Positions 18,857 to 28,980 of a stretch of 64,000 nucleotides of DNA are shown here, piece by piece (position 1 is the stretch's first letter; each line of letters starts with the position of its first letter). The notes beneath the pieces were generated by a model, which did no database searches, had not been told where the DNA came from, and saw only the letters and a list, made by a program, of their open reading frames with translations. Source of the DNA: Mycolicibacterium sp. (GTDB lineage: Bacteria > Actinomycetota > Actinomycetes > Mycobacteriales > Mycobacteriaceae). The translations under genes and the position numbers were made by a program. The stretch lies in NCBI RefSeq assembly GCF_050250295.1, contig NZ_JBFWOX010000012.1; one strand, given 5' to 3'.

Positions 18857-20073
18857 TGCGCGATGCGGTCATCTGCGAACCCGTGCGCACACCGATCGGG
18901 CGCTACAACGGGATGTTCAAGGCGATGACCGCGGTCGAGTTGGGCGTCTGCGCGCTGCAAGGCCTGCTGGCCCGCACCGGGGTGGCGCCCGAGGCGGTAC
19001 AGGACGTCATCGTCGGGCACTGCTACCCCAGCATGGAGGCCCCCGCGATCGGGCGGGTCATCGCGCTGGACGCCGGCCTGCCGGTCACCGTCCCGGGCAT
19101 GCAGATCGACCGCCGGTGCGGCTCCGGCTTGCAGGCGGTGATCCAAGCGGTCCTTCAAGTGGCGACTGGCGCCAACGATCTCGTTGTCGCCGGCGGCGCC
19201 GAATCGATGAGCAATGTGGTGTTCCATTCGACGGACATGCGCTGGGGCGGTGCCAGGACCGGCATCACCGTGCACGACGCGCTGGCCCGCGGGCGCACTA
19301 CCGCAGGCGGCAAGAACTACCCGGTGCCGGGCGGGATGCTCGAGACAGCGGAGAACCTGCGGCGGCAGTACGCGATCCCGCGCGAGGAACAGGACGAGCT
19401 GGCGGTGCGCTCGCATCAACGGGCCGTCGCCGCGCAGAAGGACGGCCTGCTGGCCGAGACGATCGTGCCGGTCACGGTACGCGGCCGAGGCGGTGACGAG
19501 GTCATCGACACCGACGAGCATCCCCGCGCGGACACGTCGGTGCAAACCCTGGCCAAGCTCGAACCCGTTCTCGGCGCTTCTGATCCGGACGCCACCGTGA
19601 CGGCGGGCAACTCCAGCGGGCAGAACGACGCCGCGTCGATGTGCCTCGTGACCACCCCGGAGAAGGCCGCGGAACTGGGCCTGCGCCCGCTGGTGCGGCT
19701 GGTGTCGTGGAGCGTGGCCGGGGTGGCGCCCAACATCATGGGCATCGGTCCGGTGCCGGCCACCGAAGCCGCCCTGCGCCGAGCCGGGCTCGGGCTCGCC
19801 GACATGGATCTGATCGAACTCAACGAGGCGTTCGCCGCCCAGGCGCTGGCCTGCATGCGCGAATGGCGGTTCACCCCAACCGATCTGGAACGCACCAACG
19901 TGCACGGCTCGGGCATCTCGCTCGGCCACCCGGTCGGGGCCACCGGCGGGCGGATGCTCGCCACCCTGGCCCGCGAACTGGACCGGCGCGGCGGTCGCTA
20001 CGGCCTCGAGACGATGTGCATCGGCGGCGGTCAGGGCCTGGCCGCGGTGTTCGAAAGGGTGACGGCGGAATGA
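18856..20073 (+). CDS. Acetyl-CoA C-acyltransferase (thiolase)
   Basis: ATG 18856 overlaps the TGA of the preceding gene. [16 protein letters not shown], active-site IDRRCGSGLQAV, and C-terminal CIGGGQG. Confidence 0.9.
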   Translation: MRDAVICEPVRTPIGRYNGMFKAMTAVELGVCALQGLLARTGVAPEAVQDVIVGHCYPSMEAPAIGRVIALDAGLPVTVPGMQIDRRCGSGLQAVIQAVLQVATGANDLVVAGGAESMSNVVFHSTDMRWGGARTGITVHDALARGRTTAGGKNYPVPGGMLETAENLRRQYAIPREEQDELAVRSHQRAVAAQKDGLLAETIVPVTVRGRGGDEVIDTDEHPRADTSVQTLAKLEPVLGASDPDATVTAGNSSGQNDAASMCLVTTPEKAAELGLRPLVRLVSWSVAGVAPNIMGIGPVPATEAALRRAGLGLADMDLIELNEAFAAQALACMREWRFTPTDLERTNVHGSGISLGHPVGATGGRMLATLARELDRRGGRYGLETMCIGGGQGLAAVFERVTAE

Positions 20074-21263
20074 CCAGACTCGCGCAGACGCTGGGGTTGA
20101 CCGAGTACCAGACCGAGATCGTCGCCACCGTGCGGCAATTCGTCGACAAGGAGGTCATTCCGACCGCGCAGGAGCTCGAGCACTCCGATACGTATCCGCA
20201 GGCGATCGTCGACGCGATGCGGGAGATGGGGCTGTTCGGGCTGATGATCCCGCAGGAGTACGGCGGGCTGGGCGAGTCGCTGCTGACCTACGCGCTGTGC
20301 GTGGAGGAGCTGGCGCGCGGGTGGATGAGCGTGTCGGGGGTGATCAACACCCATTTCATCGTCGCCTACATGCTCCGCCAGCACGGCACGGACGCGCAGA
20401 AGCAGAGGTTCCTGCCGCGGATGGCCACCGGGGAGACCCGGGGCGCGTTCTCGATGTCGGAGCCGGAGCTGGGGTCCGATGTGGCGGCGATCCGCACCCG
20501 GGCCCGGCGCAACGACGACGGCACGTACACCCTCGACGGCCAGAAGATGTGGCTGACCAACGGCGGCAGCTCGACGTTGGTGGCCGCGTTGGTGCGCACC
20601 GATGAGGGCGCCGACAAGCCGCACCGCAACCTGACCGCGTTCCTGGTCGAGAAGCCGGTCGGTTTCGGCGAAGTGGTGCCGGGCCTGACGGTCCCGGGCA
20701 AGCTGGACAAGCTGGGCTACAAGGGCATCGACACCACCGAGTTGATCTTCGACGGGTACCGGGCCGAGGCCGCCGACATCCTGGGGGAGGCACCGGGGCA
20801 GGGGTTCTTCCAGATGATGGACGGGGTCGAGGTCGGGCGGGTCAACGTGTCGGCGCGGGCGTGCGGGGTGGGGATCCGGGCGTTCGAGTTGGCGGCGCGG
20901 TATGCCCAGCAGCGCAGCACGTTCGGCAAGCCGATCGCCGAGCATCAGGCGATCGCGTTCCAGTTGGCCGAGATGGCCACCAAGATCGAGGCGGCGCACC
21001 TGATGATGGTCAACGCGGCGCGGCTCAAGGATTCCGGCGAGCGCAACGATGTGGCTGCCGGGATGGCGAAGTACTTCGCCAGCGAGGTCTGCGCGGAGGT
21101 GACCCAGCAGAGTTTCCGCATCCACGGTGGCTACGGCTACTCCAAGGAGTACGAGATCGAGCGGCTGATGCGCGATGCCCCCTTCCTGCTGATCGGCGAG
21201 GGCACCAGCGAGATCCAGAAGAACATCATCAGCAAACGCCTGCTCGCCGACTACCGGATCTGA
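20070..21263 (+). CDS. Acyl-CoA dehydrogenase (canonical)
   Basis: ATGA overlap with the thiolase stop. Motifs FSMSEPELGSD, RIHGGYGYS, IGEGTSEIQKNII. Confidence 0.9.
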   Translation: MTRLAQTLGLTEYQTEIVATVRQFVDKEVIPTAQELEHSDTYPQAIVDAMREMGLFGLMIPQEYGGLGESLLTYALCVEELARGWMSVSGVINTHFIVAYMLRQHGTDAQKQRFLPRMATGETRGAFSMSEPELGSDVAAIRTRARRNDDGTYTLDGQKMWLTNGGSSTLVAALVRTDEGADKPHRNLTAFLVEKPVGFGEVVPGLTVPGKLDKLGYKGIDTTELIFDGYRAEAADILGEAPGQGFFQMMDGVEVGRVNVSARACGVGIRAFELAARYAQQRSTFGKPIAEHQAIAFQLAEMATKIEAAHLMMVNAARLKDSGERNDVAAGMAKYFASEVCAEVTQQSFRIHGGYGYSKEYEIERLMRDAPFLLIGEGTSEIQKNIISKRLLADYRI

Positions 21264-21269
21264 AACCCC

Positions 21270-21956
21270 GTGAGCATCCCCGAGTTCGCGGCCCGGCCCC
21301 AGTTGGCCGAGGACGTCGCACGCTTCGTGCGCCGGCGCATCTTCGAGGGCACCTACCCGGCCGGGCAGTACATCCGGCTCGAACAGCTCGCCGACGAACT
21401 CGGCATCAGCGTCACCCCGGTGCGCGAGGCTCTCTTCGGGCTGCGGGCCGAGGGCCTGCTGACCCAGCTGCCGCGTCGCGGCTTCGTCGTGCTGCCGATC
21501 ACCCGGCGCGACATCGCCGACGTCGCCGACGTCCAGGCCCACATCGGCGGCGTGCTGGCCAGCAGGGCCGCTGACCACATCACCGACGAGCAGCTGCAGA
21601 CACTCGGCGCCATCCAGGACCGGCTGGAGGCCGCCTACCGCGCCGACGACCACGAGGCCGCGGTGCGCCTCAACCACGCGTTCCACCGCGGCATCAACCT
21701 CGCGGCGGCCTCGCCCAAACTCGCCCAGCTGATGGGGCAGATCACCCGTTTCGCGCTGGAGACGGCCTATCCCACGGTCGAGGGCTGGCCGTCGCACGCC
21801 ACCCGCGATCACCGGCTGTTGTTGACGGCGCTGAAGAACCGCGACGGTGACGCCGCCCGGGCGGCCATGTCGGATCACCTGCGCGCCGCCGCCACTCCGC
21901 TCATCGACCACTTGACCCGACGCGGCGTCGTCGACCCCGGCGATAACATACTGTAA
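21270..21956 (+). CDS. GntR-family transcriptional regulator, FadR/FCD subfamily
   Basis: N-terminal wHTH (LEQLADELGISVTPVREALFGLRAEGLL) and a C-terminal all-helical FCD-like domain. It lies 6 nt after the ACAD stop. Confidence 0.85.
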   Translation: MSIPEFAARPQLAEDVARFVRRRIFEGTYPAGQYIRLEQLADELGISVTPVREALFGLRAEGLLTQLPRRGFVVLPITRRDIADVADVQAHIGGVLASRAADHITDEQLQTLGAIQDRLEAAYRADDHEAAVRLNHAFHRGINLAAASPKLAQLMGQITRFALETAYPTVEGWPSHATRDHRLLLTALKNRDGDAARAAMSDHLRAAATPLIDHLTRRGVVDPGDNIL

Positions 21957-21967
21957 GTCTTACAGTC
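21949..21967. promoter_or_regulatory. Operator-like palindrome TACTGTAAGTCTTACAGTC
   Basis: ACTGTAAG-T-CTTACAGT is a perfect 8-bp inverted repeat. It overlaps the GntR stop codon (TAA 21954-21956) and ends 25 nt upstream of the CoA-transferase ATG. Confidence 0.6.
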
Positions 21968-21991
21968 CGATTATCGACGAAGAGGCGGGTC

Positions 21992-23203
21992 ATGGGCAAC
22001 GGCTCCACGGGCGGCCCGACCGCCGTCCTCGACGGCGTACGCGTGCTCGACTACGGCCGGTTCATCGCCGCGCCCTGGTGTTCGGCGCTGCTGGCCGACA
22101 TGGGTGCCGACGTGGTGCGGGTGGAGAAACGCGAAGGGGGCGAGGACCGTTGGGTCCAGCCGGTCACCGACGGTGGCGAGGGCGGCACCTTCCTGCAGTG
22201 CAACCGCAACAAGCGCTCGCTGACGCTGGACTCGACCACCGCCGAGGGCAGGGTGATCACCTGCAGGCTGGTCGCCGGCGCCGACATCGTGGTCGCCAAC
22301 ATGCCCGCGGCGGCGATGCGGGCCAGCGGACTGGACTACGACACGCTGCGGGCGATCAACCCCGATATCATCCTGGCCAGTGCCACCGCGTACGGCGAGG
22401 GCGGCCCGTACAGCGACCGGATCGGCTTCGACGGCGCCGGACAGGTGATGTCGGGCGCGGTGTACCGGCAGGGGCTGGCCGACCAACCGATCCGAACCGT
22501 GGTGCCCTACGCCGACTTCGGCACCGCGCTGACGCTGACCATCGGCGTGATGATGGCGCTGTACCACCGCGACCGCACCGGTGAGGGTCAGCACGTACAG
22601 GGGGCGTTGCTGCCCACCGCGATGATGCTGTCGAACGCCTTCCTGATCGAACGAGACCTGCTCGGCGCGGACAAGCCCCGGATGGGCAACCGCGGTACCT
22701 CGGTGGCGCCCTGCGACCTGTACCGCACCCGCGACGACGGCTGGGTGCTGCTGCAGATCGCTGGTGCGCCCATGTTCACCCGGTGGTGCGCGCTGGTCGG
22801 CCGGCCCGAGCTCGTCGACGATCCGCGTTTCGCCGACGACGACCTGCGCTGGCGCAATGGCGACGTGCTCAACGACATCATGGCGCGATGGTGCGCCGAC
22901 AAGACCAAGACCGAGCTCCTCGCACTGCTGGAGTCTGCGAAACTGCCTGCCGCACCGTTGCACTCGCCGCAGGAGGTGCTCGACGACCCGCACGTGGCGG
23001 AGATGGGCTACCTGCAGCGGGTACCGTTCCCCGGTGCGGCCCATGATGTGCCGCTCATCGAGACCCCGTTCCGGCTCTCGGCCACCCCGGGCACCATCCG
23101 CAGCCGCGCCCCACTGCTGGGCGAGCACACCGAGGAGATCCTCGGCGAGATCGGCTACACCGGTGACCAGGTCGCTCGGCTGCGGGAGCAGCGGGTGGTG
23201 TGA
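21992..23203 (+). CDS. Family III CoA-transferase (CaiB/BaiF type)
   Basis: 403 aa. Motifs LDGVRVLDYGRFIAAPW, GADVVRVE, DRIGFDGAGQVMSG. Confidence 0.9.
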   Translation: MGNGSTGGPTAVLDGVRVLDYGRFIAAPWCSALLADMGADVVRVEKREGGEDRWVQPVTDGGEGGTFLQCNRNKRSLTLDSTTAEGRVITCRLVAGADIVVANMPAAAMRASGLDYDTLRAINPDIILASATAYGEGGPYSDRIGFDGAGQVMSGAVYRQGLADQPIRTVVPYADFGTALTLTIGVMMALYHRDRTGEGQHVQGALLPTAMMLSNAFLIERDLLGADKPRMGNRGTSVAPCDLYRTRDDGWVLLQIAGAPMFTRWCALVGRPELVDDPRFADDDLRWRNGDVLNDIMARWCADKTKTELLALLESAKLPAAPLHSPQEVLDDPHVAEMGYLQRVPFPGAAHDVPLIETPFRLSATPGTIRSRAPLLGEHTEEILGEIGYTGDQVARLREQRVV

Positions 23204-23206
23204 CGG

Positions 23207-24634
23207 TCAGTGCAGGGCGGCGCGGACCGCGGTCAGATCGGGTTTGCCCGACGGCGTGCGCGGGATCGCCTCGGTGAGCACGACCTCGGTCGGGATCTCG
23301 TAGTGTGCCAACCGGGTTCGCAGATAGGTCAGCAGCTCGTCGGGATCGGCGTGTCCGCCGGCGCGTAATTCCACCATGGCGACCGGCGTTTCGCCAAGGC
23401 GCGGATCCACCCGGCCGACGACGACGGCGCCGGCGACGGCGGGGTGGGTCTCCAGCGCCGATCTCACGTCGTCGGGCATGACCTTGAACCCGCCGCGGTT
23501 GATGGCCTGATCGGCGCGGCCGAGGATCCACACGAAGCCGTCCTCGTCGATGCGGGCCAGGTCGGTGGTCTGCAGCCACTGTCGGCTCTCCGCGAGCTGG
23601 GCGGGGATGACCTCGAGCAGTCCGGGTTGGCCGGGCGGCAGCGGCCTGCGGTGCTCGTCGACGACGCGCAGCGCGGCGCCCGGGTTGGCCCGGCCCACGC
23701 TGCCGCGCTTGTCGCGCCAGTACTTCTGGTGATCGGCGAGCGTCCAGCCCGCCACGCCGCCGCCGAATTCGGTGGCGGCATAGGAGATCAGCACGGGGAT
23801 GCCGAACTTAGCGGTGAACGCGTCGGCGTCGTCGGCGGACAGTGGGGCGGTGCCGGAGGTCACCACGGCGATCCCGGCGAGGTCCCCGCGGGTCAGGTCG
23901 GAGTGCAACACCATCCGCAGCGCGGCCGGCACCAGCGACACCGCGCGGGGCCGGTGTTCGCGCACCGCGTCGGCCCACCCCTGCAGGTCGAACTTCGGCA
24001 GCAGCACGAAGGGCCGGGCCTCGGCCAGGCACAACAGGATTCGGTAGACCCCGCCGATGTGTACCAGCGGTGAGTTGACGATCGCGACGCCGCGGCGCAG
24101 CTCGGTCGGGCCCGGTCCCGAGGACAGCACGCTGCGGGCGAGCATGTCATAGGTGAGCTCGACACGCTTCGGCGGCCCGGTGGTGCCGCTGGTCAGCATC
24201 GACACCGCCACCCCGGGCCGGTCGTTCACTGGGCCGCGGGCGCCAACGCGGACCTGTGGTGCGTCGTCGAGGCCGGCGATGGCGACGGTGGTGGCCGTGC
24301 TGTCCGGGGCCAGTGATGCGAGGTCCTCGGGGGTGCCGATGAGCGTCGGCAGCCGCAGCGCCTTGATGTCGGCGCGGGTGCGGGCGTCGCCACGGGCCGG
24401 GTTGATGGCGACGACGGTGCCGCCGCCGGCGAGCACGCCCAGCAGCGCGGCGACGTGGCCGGGTGTATTGCGCAGCATGATCCCGGCGCGGTCGGTGCCG
24501 ACCACTGTGCGGATGCGCCGTGCCACGGTGTCGACCTGCCCCCAGGTGTACCACCGGTGTTCGAACTGGATCGCGCCGGCCGCCGGGTCCAGGCTCAGAA
24601 CGCCGTCGATGCGCTGGGACAGCGGATGGCGCAT
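23207..24634 (-). CDS. AMP-dependent synthetase/ligase (acyl-CoA synthetase-like)
   Basis: ATG 24634 (MRHPLSQRIDG) overlaps the TGA of the upstream crotonase. AMP-binding motif MLTSGTTGPPKRV. C-terminal GKPDLTAVRAAL. Confidence 0.8.
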   Translation of the reverse strand: MRHPLSQRIDGVLSLDPAAGAIQFEHRWYTWGQVDTVARRIRTVVGTDRAGIMLRNTPGHVAALLGVLAGGGTVVAINPARGDARTRADIKALRLPTLIGTPEDLASLAPDSTATTVAIAGLDDAPQVRVGARGPVNDRPGVAVSMLTSGTTGPPKRVELTYDMLARSVLSSGPGPTELRRGVAIVNSPLVHIGGVYRILLCLAEARPFVLLPKFDLQGWADAVREHRPRAVSLVPAALRMVLHSDLTRGDLAGIAVVTSGTAPLSADDADAFTAKFGIPVLISYAATEFGGGVAGWTLADHQKYWRDKRGSVGRANPGAALRVVDEHRRPLPPGQPGLLEVIPAQLAESRQWLQTTDLARIDEDGFVWILGRADQAINRGGFKVMPDDVRSALETHPAVAGAVVVGRVDPRLGETPVAMVELRAGGHADPDELLTYLRTRLAHYEIPTEVVLTEAIPRTPSGKPDLTAVRAALH

Positions 24635-25413
24635 CAGCGGATTCGGGGTGCACGTTTGGGGATCTCCCGTTGTGCCAGTTCGGTCTTGGCGATCGGGTTG
24701 CCGAGCCGGGTGTAGATCAGCCCTTGGTCCATCGCGGCCCGGTAGGGCTTGTCCAGCGACTCCCAGATGGCCTTGACGGTGCCCTGGGTGGCCGTCGGCG
24801 GTTTGGCGGCGATGGTGGCCGCGATCTCGTGCGCCCTGGACCACAGGTGGGTCTCGTCGACCACCTCGGTGACCAGGCCGATGCGCAGCGCGGTCTGGGC
24901 GCTGACGCGTTCGTCGTTGCCCATCAACGCCATTCGCAGTGTGTCGCCCAGGCCGATGCGGCGCATCAGACCGATGGGTTCGAGCGCGGAGACCAGGCCC
25001 GCGCTGACGTGGGAGTCGAAGAACGTCGCGCCCTGTGAGCAGATCACCACGTCGGCCTCGTTGACGAAGTACAGCGCGCCTGCGGTGCAGATGCCCTGCA
25101 CCGCGCACACCACCGGCTTCCACATCTTCTGCCACTTGGGGCTGAGCAACTCGCCGGGATCCTCGTGGTTCCACACGATGTCGGGTTGACCGTAGCGGCT
25201 CCTGACGTCCAGGCCGGCGCTGAACGCCCGCTCACCGGCCGCCCGCAGCACGACGGCGTTGACGCCCTCGTCGGCCTTGACGGTGTGCCAGGCGTCGCGC
25301 ATCTCCTGACACATGGTGCGGTTGAACGCGTTGAGCACCTCGGGCCTGTCGAGCGTGATCGTCGCGACCCGGGCGTCGTGGTCGAGGTCGAGCAGGATGG
25401 TCTGGTAGTCCAT
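24634..25413 (-). CDS. Enoyl-CoA hydratase/isomerase (crotonase) family
   Basis: I prefer ATG 25413 (MDYQTILLDL), 5 nt after GAGGAA; the track start is 25431. Motifs ITLDRPEVLNAF, FSAGLDV. Confidence 0.85.
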   Translation of the reverse strand: MDYQTILLDLDHDARVATITLDRPEVLNAFNRTMCQEMRDAWHTVKADEGVNAVVLRAAGERAFSAGLDVRSRYGQPDIVWNHEDPGELLSPKWQKMWKPVVCAVQGICTAGALYFVNEADVVICSQGATFFDSHVSAGLVSALEPIGLMRRIGLGDTLRMALMGNDERVSAQTALRIGLVTEVVDETHLWSRAHEIAATIAAKPPTATQGTVKAIWESLDKPYRAAMDQGLIYTRLGNPIAKTELAQREIPKRAPRIR

Positions 25414-25421
25414 CGGGTTCC

Positions 25422-26273
25422 TCACCGGCACTGCCAGACGGGCGCGCGTTTCTCGACGAAGGCCCGCGGCCCCTCCTTGGCGTCCTCGGTGCGCACCACC
25501 CGCTCACGGAACGTCTCGGCCAGGATCTCCCCCTCGAGCAGCGGCAGGTCCAGTGTCTTGTGGATCGCCAGCCGGGTGCCCCGGACCGCCAGCGGGGCGT
25601 TGAAGTTCACGATGTCGGCGATCTCGTGGGCGCGGTCGAGCAGCGCGTCGTGGTCGACCACCTCGGTGATCATCCCGAGCTCGTAGGCGCGCTGGGCGCT
25701 CATCCGTTCGTGCTTGCCCATCAACGCCATCCGCAATGCCACCGACCGCGGCAGCGCGCGGGCCAGCCGGACCATCTCCCGCGCGGCGACCAGGCCGATG
25801 CTGACGTGGGGGTCGAAGAAGGTCGCACGCTCCGAGGCGATGACGATGTCGCCGGTGGTGACCCAGTCCAGCCCGGCGCCGCAGCAGATCCCGTTGATCG
25901 CGGCCAGCACCGGTTTGGCCATCCGCCGGAACGGGGGAGTGCCCTCCTGGGGGGCTTCCCACTGGTCGTAGGTGGACAGGTAGGGCCGCTCGTAGACGAC
26001 CTTGCCGTCGGCGGGGATCTCGGTGACGTCGGCGCCGGTGCAGAACGCCCGGCCGGTGCCGGTGACGATGATCAGCCAGATGCCGTCGTCGTTCTCGGCT
26101 TCGTCGTAGGCGGCCCGCAACTCGGTGATCATGTGCGGTGACAGCGCGTTGAGCGCTTCGGGCCGGTTCAGCGTGATCGTCGCCGTGTGGCCGTCGACGT
26201 CGTAGCCGATGGTGTCGTAGTCGTGCGAACTCACGTGCCTTCTTTCGTCAGCTGCCCGTTGTCTGCCCGTCAT
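25422..26273 (-). CDS. Enoyl-CoA hydratase/isomerase family
   Basis: ATGA overlap with the upstream gene. Motifs ITLNRPEALNAL, FCTGADV, GICCGAGLDW. Confidence 0.85.
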   Translation of the reverse strand: MTGRQRAADERRHVSSHDYDTIGYDVDGHTATITLNRPEALNALSPHMITELRAAYDEAENDDGIWLIIVTGTGRAFCTGADVTEIPADGKVVYERPYLSTYDQWEAPQEGTPPFRRMAKPVLAAINGICCGAGLDWVTTGDIVIASERATFFDPHVSIGLVAAREMVRLARALPRSVALRMALMGKHERMSAQRAYELGMITEVVDHDALLDRAHEIADIVNFNAPLAVRGTRLAIHKTLDLPLLEGEILAETFRERVVRTEDAKEGPRAFVEKRAPVWQCR

Positions 26274-27124
26274 CTGCCCTGGAAGCGAGGCGCCCGGCGG
26301 GCCCGGAACGCGGCCAGCCCTTCCTTGAAATCATCGGTCCGGCAGGATAGTTCGAGGCTGGCCAGCTCGTGGGCCATGGATTGCGGCAAGGTGGCCAGTG
26401 CGCTGTGGCCGATGGCCGCCTTGGCCAGCCCGATCGCGACCGTCGGGCCGGTGGCCAGCCGGGCCACCAGTTCCTCTGCGGCGGCGTCGATCTCGTCGGG
26501 CGGTGCGGCGTGATGGATCAGCCCCCAGTCGGCGGCCTCGGCGCCGGTCACCTTCTCGCCGAGCATCAGCATGCGCTTGGCGCGGGCCACCCCGGCCAGG
26601 CGGGGCAGCAGCCACGTCGAACCGGAATCCGGGCTGAACCCCCGGTCGACGAACGGCTCCCAGAAGTTCGCATCGGTGGCGGCGACGGTGAAGTCCGCGG
26701 CCAGCGCGAGGTTGGCGCCGAGCCCGACCGCCCAGCCCCGCACCGTGCAGACGACCGGCAGCTGGATGGTGGCCACCAGTTCGACGACGCGGTTGGCCTG
26801 GAGCGGGACGCGCCGGACGAGATTTCCGGGGCGAGGTTTGCGATCGGCGCTGTTGGTGCTCGCCCAGTCCGCGCCCGAGCAGAAGTCGGATCCAGCCCCG
26901 GTCAGGTGGATCACCCGCAGCGCGTCGTCGGTGGCCGCTCGGGTAAGGATCGCGATGAGCTCGTCGATCATCCTGTGGCTCAGCGAATTACGCCGTGCGG
27001 GTCGGTCCAGGGTGATTCGCAGGACGGCGCCGTCGCCCGCGGTTCGTACCGCGCCTGTGTCCGCGTCGTCACGCACCGGGCACCGTCCCTTCGGCACTGC
27101 ACCGCGAGCTATACAGATAGCCAT
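26270..27124 (-). CDS. Enoyl-CoA hydratase/isomerase family
   Basis: Motifs ITLDRPARRNSL, FCSGADW, GWAVGLGANLALAAD. The start could instead be GTG 27076. Confidence 0.8.
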   Translation of the reverse strand: MAICIARGAVPKGRCPVRDDADTGAVRTAGDGAVLRITLDRPARRNSLSHRMIDELIAILTRAATDDALRVIHLTGAGSDFCSGADWASTNSADRKPRPGNLVRRVPLQANRVVELVATIQLPVVCTVRGWAVGLGANLALAADFTVAATDANFWEPFVDRGFSPDSGSTWLLPRLAGVARAKRMLMLGEKVTGAEAADWGLIHHAAPPDEIDAAAEELVARLATGPTVAIGLAKAAIGHSALATLPQSMAHELASLELSCRTDDFKEGLAAFRARRAPRFQGR

Positions 27125-27185
27125 ACAGTTAGTACTACAATTACTATCCTGTACAACTTAGCAAGGAAAGGCTGTCGAGGGAACA

Positions 27186-27974
27186 GTGTCGTCTCAGCTG
27201 CCGACGCCGCGCATTCGCCAGCCGCGGGTCGCCGAACTCGTGGCGTCCCGGCTGCGCGGTGACATCCTGGCCGGCCGCCTCAAGGAGGGCGACGTGCTGC
27301 CGTCACAGGAGGCGCTGTTCGCCGAGTTCGGGGTCAGCCCACCCGCGGTGCGGGAGGCCATCCACATCCTGGAATCCGATGGCCTGGTCTCGGTGCGGCG
27401 CGGCAACGTCGGCGGGGCCGTGGTGCACCTGCCGTCGGCCGAACGCACGGCCGAGATGATCGGCATGGTGTTGCAGACGCGCTCGGCGACTCCCGCCGAC
27501 GTCAGCGAGGCGCTGCTGCACCTGGAGCCGATCTGCGCCGGGATGTGCGCGGCCCGCGAGGACCGACTGACCGAGGTGGTGCCGTTCCTGCGGGCGGCCA
27601 TCGATACGCAGGTCGAACAGTTCGACGTCACGGCCCGCTACGTGCCCAACGCGCGCCGCTTCCACGAGGCGATCGTGTCGCGGTGCGGCAACGAGCCGAT
27701 GATCCTGCTCATCGGCGCGCTGGAGGTCATCTGGTCGGCGCACGAGTCCGCGGTGTGGAGCGACGAGTACCAGCCGGGGGATCCGATGCGGCCCACCACG
27801 ATGGCCGCGGCGCTGCGCGATCACCGGCGACTGCTCGACGCGATCGTCGAAGGGAACTCCGTACGGGCGGTCCGTCTTGCGCAGGATCACCTGGCGGCCG
27901 CGCGACGCAACACGCTGGCCGCCGGGTCGGACCGGACCATCGAGGCGAAGCTGATCGCCGATCGCGACAGATGA
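27186..27974 (+). CDS. GntR-family transcriptional regulator, FadR/FCD subfamily
   Basis: GTG start. wHTH (LPSQEALFAEFGVSPPAVREAIHILESDGLV) plus an FCD-like C-terminal domain. Divergent from the three-crotonase operon. Confidence 0.85.
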   Translation: MSSQLPTPRIRQPRVAELVASRLRGDILAGRLKEGDVLPSQEALFAEFGVSPPAVREAIHILESDGLVSVRRGNVGGAVVHLPSAERTAEMIGMVLQTRSATPADVSEALLHLEPICAGMCAAREDRLTEVVPFLRAAIDTQVEQFDVTARYVPNARRFHEAIVSRCGNEPMILLIGALEVIWSAHESAVWSDEYQPGDPMRPTTMAAALRDHRRLLDAIVEGNSVRAVRLAQDHLAAARRNTLAAGSDRTIEAKLIADRDR

Positions 27975-28002
27975 AAAACCCGGCAACCATGAGGAATTCG
28001 TC

Positions 28003-28902
28003 ATGACAACCACCGGCGACCATCGGGTGCTCTTCGATGTCGACAAGGACAAGCGCATCGCCACCATCACGCTGAACAACCCTGCGCAGCGCAACGCCTA
28101 CGACGCCGCGATGCGTGACCTGCTGGCGCGCTGTCTGGACCGGGTCGCCGAGGACGACGATCTGACCGTGGTGCTGCTGCGCGGATCCGGCGGGGTGTTC
28201 AGCGCCGGGGCGGATATGAACAACGCCTATGGCTGGTACGGGCAGTCGGGTTCCGGTGCGCCGACAGGATCCGGTGAGCGGCGGCCGAGCCAGCGCAGGC
28301 GGCTGACCGTGGACCGCAAGACGTTCGGCTTCTATCACGACCTGATGGGTTTCCCGAAGGTCACAGTGGGCGAGATCACCGGGTACGCACTCGGCGGGGG
28401 CTTCGAGATCGCACTGATGACCGACATCTCGGTGATCGCCCGCGACGCCAGGATCGGCATGCCCGCCACGCGTTTCCTCGGGCCGGCCCTGGGCAGCCTG
28501 CACATGTTCTTCCACCGGCTCGGGCCCGTGCTGGCGCGCCGGCTGCTGTTGACCGGCGACGTCATCCGGGCCGGCGACGTCGAGCATCTGGGCGTGTTCA
28601 CCGAGACCTGTGCCCCCACCGCGGTGCCGGCCCGGGCGCGGTACTGGGCCGAGAAGGCCGCGAAGATGCCCGCCGACGGCGTCGTCATCGCCAAGGAGGC
28701 GTTCCGGCTCGTCGAGCAGGGCCAGGCCTACCAGGGCGAGGAGGTCACCAGCTACCTCATCCACGCCTACGGCACGAACCTGCAGTTCGCCCCCGGAGAG
28801 TTCAACTTCGTCAAGACGCGCGCGCGGTACGGCACCAAGGAGGCGTTCCGGCTGCGGGACGAGCATTTCCACGTCGCCGAGCCGGACCCGGATGGTCCGT
28901 GA
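28003..28902 (+). CDS. Enoyl-CoA hydratase/isomerase family
   Basis: ATG follows GAGGAA. Motifs ITLNNPAQRNAY, FSAGADM, GYALGGGFEIALMTD. Confidence 0.85.
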   Translation: MTTTGDHRVLFDVDKDKRIATITLNNPAQRNAYDAAMRDLLARCLDRVAEDDDLTVVLLRGSGGVFSAGADMNNAYGWYGQSGSGAPTGSGERRPSQRRRLTVDRKTFGFYHDLMGFPKVTVGEITGYALGGGFEIALMTDISVIARDARIGMPATRFLGPALGSLHMFFHRLGPVLARRLLLTGDVIRAGDVEHLGVFTETCAPTAVPARARYWAEKAAKMPADGVVIAKEAFRLVEQGQAYQGEEVTSYLIHAYGTNLQFAPGEFNFVKTRARYGTKEAFRLRDEHFHVAEPDPDGP

Positions 28903-28980
28903 TCCGGCCCACCTACTACCAGCGCTACAATATCTGCTAGTTTTGTAACGTCTGTCCGCCATGGAACCGAGGTCGAGAGC

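Noticed and set aside
27111-27170. An AT-rich stretch with ATACAG direct repeats and an AGTACT palindrome between the crotonase operon and GntR 27186, considered as another TACTGTAA-type operator.
   Set aside because: I could not align it to either palindrome type with acceptable mismatches. It is probably promoter DNA, but no defined motif is supported.
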